Assembly: GCA_015680685.1 (NCBI GenBank)
Contig: MNCI01002485.1
Span: 1,126,914 to 1,190,913 of the forward strand
Source: Gnetum montanum
Lineage: Eukaryota; Plantae; Gnetophyta
Direction: 5' to 3'
Length of the DNA: 64,000 bases
Position numbers and translations under genes: made by a program. The notes beneath the pieces are model-generated. The model ran no database searches, was not told where the DNA came from, and saw nothing but the letters and a program-made list of their open reading frames with translations. Positions 53,112-64,000 of the stretch are shown one piece after another (within the stretch, counting starts at the first letter, position 1; the number at the start of each line of letters is the position of its first letter).

Positions 53112-55956
53112 TGTTTGCGATCATTTGGGATGTGACTGCCATTGAGTGTCTCGAACAAGATTTAGGTGCTTGTTGGTCTCTGGCAACACCAAGGCCTAGA
53201 TACCTCCAAATAGACTTAGTATTTAAACATGAGTATGTGTTTGATGTTGTGAATGTTCAAATAGTTGGGTTGTGTATAAAACTGTAATCGGCTATCATGA
53301 AAGAGATTTAGCCAACTTTGTAAAATACTGTGAGTTGTTGGAGATTCCTATTTTTTTCAACTACTTAGTCTATATGGTCCTTATAATACCTACTTGTAAC
53401 AAATAACATTTTTCAAAAAACATTAAGTAAAACTCTACCAATATACTCCTAATTTACCCCAGAGAAAGAAAGTTCCACAAGAAAACTAGAAATAGAGCAA
53501 GAGTCAGTGGAAAGAGAAAGAAAAAAAAGTAGATTTGTGTAAAAATCTTAAATATTTAAGCAAGGTAAATTAATACGAGAAAAAAATTCACAATAAATTT
53601 ATTCCTAATTCAATATCTATTAATTGTTCAAATTTTCTAGGCTCAAACAAGCAATTTCTTAGAGACAATCCTACTGTACTACGAAAAATTGCTACATAAA
53701 ACACCATGTACGAGTCTCTAATTTGGCTAGTTAATCGTTGTTAATGATTACATACAATAGAGCTTTCAAATATTTGACAATTTTTTATTGAAATACCAAT
53801 GGAATATACTTTAAAAATCAAAAATATATTTCAGTCCTATCAAAATACCAATGATTTTTTTAACCCTTTAGACTATTGAATTTCTCAATTGGCTTGTCTA
53901 TAGTAGAGGCTCTCTTACAACAATCCTAATAGTAACCTTAAACATTTCATAATAATAAAATTCTCTATTAAATTACTCTTGAGCTTTCCAAAATGAGCTC
54001 TTCTATGGAAAATCTTAATAAGAGTCTACTATCATGCAACAAAGAACAATAAAAGTGATCTAAAAAATCCCAAATTTAAGTTCCAAGCAAGATACTACCT
54101 AAACCACTAGCTAAGTAGCTAAAACAAAATAGGAAAGAATGAACTCATAGGATTAAAACAAAGTAGTTGAAATATGTCTTTTAGCAAGCCATCTTATTAG
54201 CAATCTTCAAATTTCTTCTTTTCAAAAAGCTTCCTCTGTTTTTCCACAAATCTACCTTTGAAGGTCTTACAAATATCTTAGGCACATAAATTTATAACCA
54301 TATTAGGAGTTATAACTTTCATAATAATTTTAAGCCACCTTTGGCAAGTGCCTTCTTAGTAATGGAAAATAAAATTAGTCACAAATATCTTGGAGTTTTA
54401 GTTGTAACTATCATAAGAAGTTACAACTTCCATAAGGAATTTCAAATTCAATAGAGAATTACATTTTCCAAATATCTCCTATACATAAATATCTCATAAA
54501 TTCCTCCTTTCCATAAGTAACAATATTTTTCCTTTCTTTTATACATGTAATTATTATCAAAACCCACATCATATCCTTATGTCCATCTTTTTATTCCAAA
54601 CTTTTGCATCAGTGCACAAACCTTTTTACCTTGTTCTAACATTTGATTGTATTTCTTGTGCACATATGTGACAAGTGCTGAAATGAGGGTTTGCATTTTT
54701 CCATGTTGCATCTATCATGTCCTGAATGTCATGGATGCCTTGTTTCATGAGTCTAGTAACAATAGTAGTCCTTATTTGGCAGAAACCTTAGTGGCACATT
54801 TGGAAGCAAAGGTGGTTTTTTCCTTGGGCTCCATTTCATCATTCCAAAAATGATTGAAGAGTATGACCTTTATGGATTTTCTTGCATCACATGTATTTTC
54901 TAATAATGAATTGAGCTCTACACTAGCATTAGTATTATTAGAGATAATTTTCCTATCTAGGTTTCCACTAGTTTCATCGTTTAATTGGGGTGTTTATAGG
55001 GAGCTTGTTTTTTGTTCTCTAGCTATGGTAGCCAATGGATCTACTCCTACAATGGTAGAGCAATTGGTTAAAATGAATTCAAACAAGAGGCATGGTGAGA
55101 GGTAATATTTGCCACTAGTTTGCCATAGGCAGGGTAATCTCTAGATGAGTGGTGTGGTTCAAGTTTGTTTTGAATCTTTAGGGGACTGGTTATAGCAGCC
55201 TTGGCTAATGAATCTTCATAACTTTGAATAATTCTACTATTTTTTTTAAATATTTTTTTTTTGTAATTTAACTGAGAGGGTAATACATAAGATCAACCAA
55301 TTTTTTTTCTTCTTCTTTTGTTGATTTCCTTGTAAATTCGATGGCATGGCTTCTCTATGAAACTTCCATTTGTTCATCATTCAATTAGAAGTTGTATGAT
55401 ATTATAGAGGTGATCTTTGGATATGTTCTAATAGATATGCAACTTGAAATACCCAAAAAAATTATTCCCTCTTTAAGAATTCATGGAAAAATAGTTTGGT
55501 AAAATTAGATACTTGAACATCCTTATCCTCCAAATAGAGAGCCATTTTGTTGATGTAACCCTTGATCTTTATCATGTCAATTAGTGTAAGATGTGACAAT
55601 ACAAACATTGTATTTTCCTTCTAAAAATCAACATCAATAACCATGAGATTGCCTAGAGCCAAGGTTGCTGGAGTTTGTAATCCTAGAAATTTTCAAAACA
55701 TTATAATGTTTGTAATAACCGATGTACATAAACCAATTGGAATTTTGCATTTTGTCCATCTCAAACAATTTCTTTTTTAACCTTTTGAGTGGGAGAATCC
55801 AATTTCATCTTTTTAGATGTAGTCCCACTCAATTCAACATTAATATTAACTTCCTAAGATATTTCTCCTAAATACTTAGATGTATCAATCTCATTTAGTT
55901 TTTTTAATTACATTTGCTTCAACTTCTACTCTATGAAATGGTTTAATGTGACAACA
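53112..55956 (-). mobile_element. Solo LTR D' of the D family, inserted in the 5' LTR of C2
   Basis: Minus strand begins TGTTGTCACATT (D: TGTTGGCACATT) and ends GCAAACA; 53112-~54500 is the reverse-complement homolog of ~29550-30958; TSD CCTAT/CCTGC; the C LTR resumes on both sides. Confidence 0.85.
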
Positions 55957-56673
55957 CCTGCAAGGTTCTAACAAGCTCAATATGGATGCCTTCTTACAAT
56001 AAGCACATCAACCCTATTGGGCTACAAGAAAGAGAGAAAAGAATAAGGAAAGAAGGTAACTAAATTTACACGTCCTTGTACATGAAACTTAGTAGAAAGT
56101 ACAATCAAGTAAATGATGTTACAATGAAGAGAAAAAATAGAATTACATAGAGACAATGATTGATCTTTCATGAACAATGCTTGCACAATTCTCAAGATTT
56201 TGACATTTTATTCTAGCCTTGGAGTTTCCAAAAACTCCATGGAATTTGTGCAATGATTACCAAATAGCTAGTATAGACATCTACTTGAAAGTTAGACCTT
56301 CTAACTAAGATTGGCCTCAATTTAGGAGAGACGTCACATTGGCAAATGGGACGTCTACAAAGAGATGTCTTCTATTTTTCTTGATGTCCCATCAAATTTT
56401 GAGCTTTGACTTCTAATAATTTCACCTATCAATTTTCCTTCTTTCCAATCCTTGGAGCATCTTCATTTTATTTGTAGCCTTCATTTTTATCCATGCGCTC
56501 ATCTTGCCCATGTAGTGTTCATTTTGACATCTCATCATAGATCAAGTTTCCTTGAGTTTTTAGATCTCATTGCGAAGTTATTTTTCATGTCTTAAAAATG
56601 CATTATCCACCACAAACATTCAACTTTCTCCATTTTTATTAAGGTTTTGACATAACAAAAGGTCAACAAGATC

Positions 56674-59600
56674 ATTCCCATTGTAATTATCAAAAATGCT
56701 GGTGATGAAAATGCTATAGTTTTGGATGATAAAAATGATCAAAAATGCTATTTAACAACCCAAGAGTCTTGTTAGAGCATAATTAGTAGATAAACCATAA
56801 ATTTTTACTTATTTAAGTGAGAATTAACATCATTTTTTATGATCATTTTTTGGTAAGTCAAAATACTCTTAGTACATTGGAGACCTAGTTAGCATAGAGA
56901 GAATTCTATAGTCTTTAGATCCTTCATCTAGAGCTTATCATAGAGAGTAAAGAGAACCTATTGTAGCATTTTTTCAAGAGTAGATTGATCAAGACAAATG
57001 TAGATAGATTAGTTGTAGAACATACCTTGGCTACTTGTACCAAATCTCAAATGATGGTTCTAGATAGATCTGTGAATCATTTATATTCTTAGGATTTTGA
57101 AAGCTAATCAATCTATAGCTTCTAAACTTAGTTCATAGTATTTTATACTATTTAATACAAATTTTGTAGTTTATTTTTGGCGACATCTTTTTTTAGTCTC
57201 TTTCTTGGTTTGTTCTTGGATCTAACATTGGATCTAATATTTACACATTTTCAGTCATTTTCAGTCATTTTTTTCATCTAGTAATAGACCATTAAGTTAA
57301 TAGGTAATCAACAAGATTGCATAAGGTGCCTCAGATCCTTTTTAAGGCCTATGGATCTTGAGGTAAACCTATTTCACATGAATTCTTTCCATTTCTACTA
57401 TTAATTTTTTGCATCACTATAGTGTTATAGTGCTAAAAGAAGGGCCTCTTCTTGATCTCTTCATCCAAACCCACATGTAAAAAATGTTTGCCTATTTTAT
57501 TTATTTTACAATAGTGTATTTAGTGAATAGAACCTAATTTTGAGTAATCTTTTATTTCAGCATTTTTGAGTTTTATTGTCTTGTTTATGATTTTCATGTA
57601 CTAGTGTTTTTAGCCTAGTCATAAGCATCTTCCATGTAGTCTAAACCTTCAAATATGCTAGCCTTTGGTTTCCTGAATCCTCAAAATCTACTTCAATTTC
57701 CCTCTTTTTTTCAAATGTTGATATAAATATGATGAGTTAAATATGCTATAAGCTTTTTGATCACTTTTTCCTAGTGTTACCTTAAATACGTTAGGTCAAA
57801 TACATTAGCTATTTTTCTATTCTTTTCTAGAGCCATCTCAAATATGATGGAATAAAGAAATTTTAGCTATTTTAACCTTTTATCCCATCATTTTCATAAA
57901 AATGTTGTGTTTAAAAGTCTGCATTTAATACATTATATTTCTAGTTAAGCTATCCCATTCTCTAATTTTTGCATTTATAGTTACAGTTAGAGTTAAAATT
58001 TCATTTACACTATTATAGTTTCTGCATTGTTTTTGCATTTATAATTATAGTTTCATTTACATTATTGCAATTTTTACACTATAATAGTATGTACACATCA
58101 CAATGATTCACATTTACATAGTTGTAGTATTTACACTACATCTACTTCTTTATCTAAAGTATTGAAACATATGCTACATCTACCAATACATAAAATCTAC
58201 ACTATTTTATGCCTTTTGTATCTAATGTATTACCTAATGATATTGTCAACATGAACCTAAATGAGAACTTTTCTTGCATCTATGATCCCAAAGATCCAAT
58301 CATTGTCAAATGTCATCAAACCCTTAGGTGTGTTTACCAAAATCCCCTGTATATGAATATAAATGAGAATTACTATAACTTCATTTGCACAAAGATACTA
58401 GTTAGTTTACATATCTCGTATAAGGAATTAGATTCCAAGAGCCAGTTTGAGATCATTAATAGGAACATGCAATAATTTATCCCATCATCATACAACCACA
58501 TTAAGGTATTGGAACTATATGTTAACATGTTAACATATCTTGTAAATGTTGATAACAAGGTCATAACAAGAGAAGAAGCCAATTTAAACCAAGATCAAGA
58601 GGACCAAGATGATTTTGGGGCCTCTTATGAAACAAACACCCATCTACAAGATCTACTATAACAATCTATTCCTAAAGTGTCCTTGTTTAATTTTGTGCCT
58701 TCCATTTCTATAATAAACCAAGCTCTTCCTATGACCTCTACAAATCTAGGTTCTTAACCTACCTCTTTGTTTGCCTCAATTTTTATGTCAACACCTTTTT
58801 CTATAGTGTCATAGCCTCCACTAGTTTCATTCATGTTACAACCATTTATAGTTTCAGCTAGTCATTCTCTAGGATCTCAAATACCACTGGTGTCTCATAA
58901 CTCATTAGTATTCACTATAGCCTTTGGTCCTCATTTCCCTATGCCAACCTTATTTTCCATGTTTAACCCTCCTACAATAGTAGTCACATGATTCCTCTAG
59001 TTTATATTGTTACCTATTTTACAACCATCAGTTGTTCACCAACCAACGTAGCATGTAGGGAAACCACAAGATCTAGTCAAGCCTTTCAAATAATCTAGAA
59101 CCTTACTAAAGAGCTACTAAAACTTAAGGTTAGTACCATCCAAATAGTAAAAAACATGAACTTCTACCAAGATGATTCCATTAGTTCCACTATTCCCCAA
59201 ATCACATTACCTATAGGCATGCCTATTCCAAACTTCACCAAACACAATAATGAAGGAGACCCTAATGCACATCTTATTACATTCTATTTTGAGTGCCTCC
59301 TATTGCAATCTATTCTACATACTCTTGATTAGTATAAACAATTTTACATTATGAAAGATGCATCTAGCTATGCATTAGGAGTGGTACTAAGACAAATGAA
59401 TGATATAAAATACCCATATTATATCCATTTTGTAAGCAGAACCATTGTGGGTACACAACTCAATTACACCACAATAGAAAGAAACTCATGACAATGATGT
59501 ATTCCTTAGAAAAATTCAAGTAGTATGTGCTTAGATACCTAATTTTTGTGCATAACAATCATAGTGCAATCCAATTCCTAATGAATAATCCAATGGTAAG

Positions 59601-60055
59601 TCCTTGTATTATATAATGACTAGTGATTTAACAAGAGTTTGATCTTACAGTGGTGAATAGTATAGAAACTAAGAATGTAGTTGCAAATCATTTATCTTGG
59701 TTAAGATGGGTTAGCAAGAATAATTAAAAGGCCTTATTTGATTAATTTTCATATGAACTTCTCTTAGCTAAGGTAACTAAAGTCCATGCACTAAGCATCA
59801 CAAATGGTACGATGAATTCCTTTCATATCTACTCACATAGGAGACTTCTACTGAATGAGATCATAGAAGGAAAGTGCAATTTTTTCATGAGATCAAACAC
59901 TACATGAAGATTGAGGGAAACATGTACAAGGTTTATGTTAATGGCCTAGTACAATGATGTGTACCTAATTTAGACCAACTAAGAGTTCTCCAATACACTC
60001 ACGAGAACTCTTGTAGGAGCCACTATGTAGAAAAAAGAATAACCAATAAGATCCT
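56674..60055 (+). mobile_element. Fragmentary gypsy remnant H: PBS-like TGGCGAC (57178), gag start, then RH and INT N-terminus
   Basis: PNFTKHNNEGDPNAHL at ~59225; DASSYALGVVL at ~59357; QLNYTTIE; HENSCRSHY at ~60000. Confidence 0.6.
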
Positions 60056-61045
60056 TGGAGCAAATTCACTTCACAAATAAATCACCTTCACATACTAAAT
60101 CTAGATATTATGCCAAGACAAAATTAATTACTAGAAAATAATAAAATAATATATATTTAATTAAATTATAAAAATATTACATCAAGGTTCACACAACCAC
60201 AAGCACCCAAAAGCCTATCACACTTAAATGATATTGTAAAGCATGAGGCTCTACAACCACATAATCGTAGTTCTCAATGTAGGACACAACCAATATAATC
60301 TATCCCATAACCCAAGACTAAGATCTCAACTCACAAGTGATATACAAGAGAATAGAACACATTGATTAATGCACGACAAACTAATCTTGGAGCTATAATC
60401 ACCAACTACCCTCACCCAGTGTGTTCACCCACTCTCTCTTACACAACTCTCCTTACATACCAACTGTTCTCTTTTTCTTAAGGATGAATGCATACATAAT
60501 TATAGAGATTCAAAATCATATTAAGCTTTCTATTTATCTCTCTAGATGTTTCCCATAAATATTTGGATTCTTTTAGATGTTTTCCAATCAAAATGCCTTG
60601 TCAGATATTTTTTCTTCACTGACACAGATGTCTCTTATTTCACATAGATGCCTCCTATGAAAGTAGTTCTCTTAGGAGAGATGTCTATTATTTTTGATAG
60701 AGGTCTCCTTTGGATTTGGGATGTCTCAACTTCTAGTAAGATGTGTATCTTTCTTGGGAGACGTATCTTCTATAGGTACCAAAAATAAAAGTGCTTATTT
60801 TGATGCCAAAGAATCTGGATGTCTTCCAACAAGTTTCCATAGACCCTGGTACCTCATAAACTTGTAAAAATAATCCAAAAACACATTCAAACATGCCAAA
60901 ATTTTGAAATATATTCATCATAAAAATTCAACACAAAAACACACAAAAACTAGACACAAGTGTTTACATATTCTCCAAGTGTGAAACCTACAAAAATAAC
61001 TTGTAGGACAAGCACAGGGGAATTACAAGAGGTGTTCCTACACCA
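60056..61045 (-). repeat. 3' LTR of G
   Basis: Starts TGGTGTAGG on the minus strand right after the PPT and ends GCTCCA where the H integrase frame is cut. No second LTR in the window confirms it. Confidence 0.65.
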
Positions 61046-64000
61046 ACTCTTTACCCTTCAAAAAGTAAATTCATGTGAACAAGAAAGTAGTGTTAGAAGT
61101 GATTCCCCACTCAACAAGTTTGATCTCATGGACCCATACAACATCATCAGTAGATTGATCCTTCCAATGAATCAAATATTCATGTCTCTTAACTTCCTAA
61201 GTGCTTGAAACTTTTCTCTACTTGAGTATGATTACCTTCTTCTCCATTAAAGGCTTGGATTGATCAATAGCCCCCTTCAACTCATCTATGCTCCCTTGTA
61301 TGGTCTTCTTATCCAATGGTCCATGATAGTGCACAAGATCTAAAACATTAAACACAAAAAAACATAGCAACATCATTTGGTAAATCAATCTGAAAAGCAT
61401 TGTCATTAATCTTAGCCTGATATTGAAAGGCCCCATCTTCTTAGCCTTCAAATTGGATAAGTTAATACCTTTCAATTGCTTATTCTTCAAGTGCACCCCA
61501 ACCAACTTACCAATAGAAAAATTAGGTTTCCTCTTGCCATCATTCCTCTTGAGGACTCTCTCTTCAATCTTCTTCTCAAGATTTTATTTTACTTATGCAT
61601 GGACATTCCTCATCTCTTGCACAAAATTAGCACTAAGTTGAGATTTGCCATCAAATCACTTTAAAGTATCCACCATCTTTGGACAAAATCCATAATTCAC
61701 CTCAAATGATCTTTTTCTAATTGCAACATGAAAATCATTATTATACAAAAATTTAGCATGACACAATAATTTTTCTCACCTATTTGGTTGTCCATCATAC
61801 AAACATTTCAATATGTTTAGCAAAGATTTATTTACCACCTCTGTTTGACCATTAGATTGTGGATGATATGCATATGAAAAATTCAACTTTATTCCTAAAA
61901 TATTTCAAAGGGACCTCCAAAAAGGACCTATAAACTTGGAATCTTTATCACTAACAATATTCAAAGGAATACCATGCAACTTCACAATATGCTAGAAAAA
62001 TAAATTTGCAACATGAGAGGAATCACTCATCTTCTTGCCTAGAACAAAATGTATCTTAGAGAACCTATTCACAATAACAAAAATTTCCTTGTTCTCACTC
62101 TTGGTCTTTGAAATAGTACTCACAAAGTCCATTGACACACTTTCCCATGAACGTTTAGAAATTGGCAAAGGCATATTGTGTCCATCCACACCTTTATCTC
62201 CTTTGAACTTTTGACATGTCAAGCACTCCTTCATAAATTTTGAAACTTATGTTACCATACTAGGCTAAAAATAGTGCTTACCCACAAGCTCCAATGTTTT
62301 ATCCCTATCCACGTATCCTACCATGTGACTACACTACTTTTCAAACAAAATATTTTTCCTAAAATCACAATTAAGAATACATACCTTTTCATTTTTAAAT
62401 AATAGTTCATCTTGAATATGATAGTCCCTCCATTGGTCTAACCTATTGATCAATAGCTCCTTGATGCTCCTTCAAACTTGTCAAAAATTAGCATCATGCT
62501 CATATAAAGAAGCAAAATCACCCATACCTTCCACATGAGGTATGCTAAAATTCACCAGATGCACCTTGGATAATGCATCAGCCACCACATTGGGATTTTC
62601 ACATTTTTTCTTCAACACAAAATTGAACTCTTGTAACTATGCAACCCACTTCATGTACTTAGTACTCAACGTATTTTGTAAATTTAGAAATTGAAGTGCT
62701 TTGTGGTCCATCATCAAAGTAAATTCTTTGGAAAAAAAGTAATTCCTTCAATGTTTGATTGCTTAAATAATAGCATACAAATCCTTCTCATATATGCTAT
62801 ATATTTTTCTTGACTCATTTAACTTTTTAGAAATGAAAGCAATAGGCCTACCTTCTTGTGAAAGTACCCCACTAATGGCAAGTCCAATTGCATCCACCTC
62901 CACGTAAAAATGCTTATGAAAATTTGGAATTGTAAGCATTGGCTCACTATTAATCTTTGCTTTCAACATGTCAAAGCTTCCTTGGGTTTTGTTATCCCAC
63001 CTAAATTCCTTATTTTCTTCAACAAAGCAAACATAGGTCAAAAAATACCCCTAAAAGCTTTTATGAATTATCTATAAATACCTACTAAACTAAGGAATGA
63101 TCTTACCTCCCCAATAGTCTTAGGAGTTGGCCAATCACTTATACCCTTCACCTTAGTAGCTTCCATTTGAATCTGATTTTTAGAAACCACATGCCCCAAA
63201 TATGTGATTTCCACCTTCAAAAAATGACTTTTCTTCACATTGATTACCAAGTATGCCTCCTCCAAATTAAGGCATACCATTCTCAAGTGATCCAAGTGCT
63301 CTTCCTCATTAGAGCTATACATCAAAATATCATCAAAAAAGAAAATACAACACTTACCAATCAAGTCCTTCAATACATCATGCATCAACCTCATGAATAT
63401 AGTAAGTGCATTCATGAACCCAAATGGCATCACCAACCACTCAAAAAATCCATTCGTTGTTTTGAAAGTTATCTTTCACTCATCATCAAGCTTGATTCTA
63501 ATTTCATGCTACCCACTCTTCAAATCAATTTTGCTAAAAATTTTAGCATTGGTAAGGACATCAAGTATATCATGCATCCTTGGAACAAGAAACCTATACC
63601 TCACTATTCTCCTATTCACTAGCCTAGAATCAATGCACATCCTCCATTTATCATTGTCCTTCTTTGGTACTAGCACTATTGGAATTACACAAGGTGAAAT
63701 GGATTCCCTCACAAAGCCATTTTCAGGTAACCCCTCTACTTTCCTTTGCAATGCAATCCTCTAATTTGGTTCCATCTAGTATGCTTTCTTCTTTGAAATG
63801 TTAGCACCAAGAATGAAGTCAATCTGATATTGTACATTCCTCATTGATGATATTCCATCCAATTCCCCCTTGAATACTTTGGAAAATTTCTCCTTCAAGC
63901 CTAGCACACCTATAGGAAATTCAACTTGCACATCATCATGATTAGTAGCAACTATTGTCATAACAACAAAACCAGAACTAGTTTCATCATGTTTCTTAAT
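60056..64000 (-). mobile_element. CRM-like chromovirus G, 3' half (RT-RH-INT-chromodomain-3' LTR)
   Basis: RT ESISPCVIPIVLVPKKD...WRMCIDSR and FFDDILMYS; RH VEVDAIGLAISGVLSQEGRP; INT WESVSMDFV; chromodomain EYLIHWKDQSTDDVVWV at ~61185-61130; PPT at ~61047-61060. Confidence 0.88.

Larger units (their letters stand above)
47694..56668 (-). mobile_element. Sirevirus-like pol-less copia element C2 (LTR-gag-env-like-LTR)
   Basis: 5' LTR 52768-56668 (interrupted); PBS TGGTATATGAGC (52754-52765); copia gag; env-like ORF; repeated PPT-like CCAAAA(A)GG(G)A tracts (~48530-48545, ~48895); 3' LTR 47694-48523; TSD AGAGC/AGATC. Confidence 0.85.

Noticed and set aside
63167-63764. Plus-strand ORFs of 151 and 123 aa (similarly 4748-5167)
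   Set aside because: Antisense shadows of pol reading frames.

Overview
AT-rich, CpG-depleted eukaryotic DNA from a plant genome, made almost entirely of nested, decayed LTR retrotransposons; I found no intact host gene, tRNA, rRNA or CRISPR array. A gymnosperm- or lycophyte-type host is my inference from a Tat element with aRH placed before RT. From left to right: (1) the 3' end and 3' LTR of a young Athila-like element (1-2711, +); (2) Athila-like element A (2712-~10959, -); (3) a full-length chromovirus (11088-20487, +, perfect TSD GTAGT); (4) non-coding Athila derivative B (20642-23373, -); (5) two copies, C1 and C2, of a pol-less Sirevirus-like copia family; (6) Athila-like pol F, split by TatII-like element D (28057-42642) with 2.9-kb LTRs; (7) three solo LTRs; (8) chimeric remnant H; (9) CRM-like element G at the right end (-). 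The most striking region is the ~3.7-kb leader of the chromovirus. It carries a decayed, spliced, antisense four-coding-exon gene (~540 codons, PMD-like N-terminus, coiled-coil C-terminus) that the ORF track misses, and a 52-bp 5S rRNA-derived Pol III internal-promoter segment between that gene and gag. All family and domain calls come from visual motif recognition; no database searches were run. N runs at 269-440, 779-1642, 2070-2365, 13092 and 20737-21142 hide sequence.
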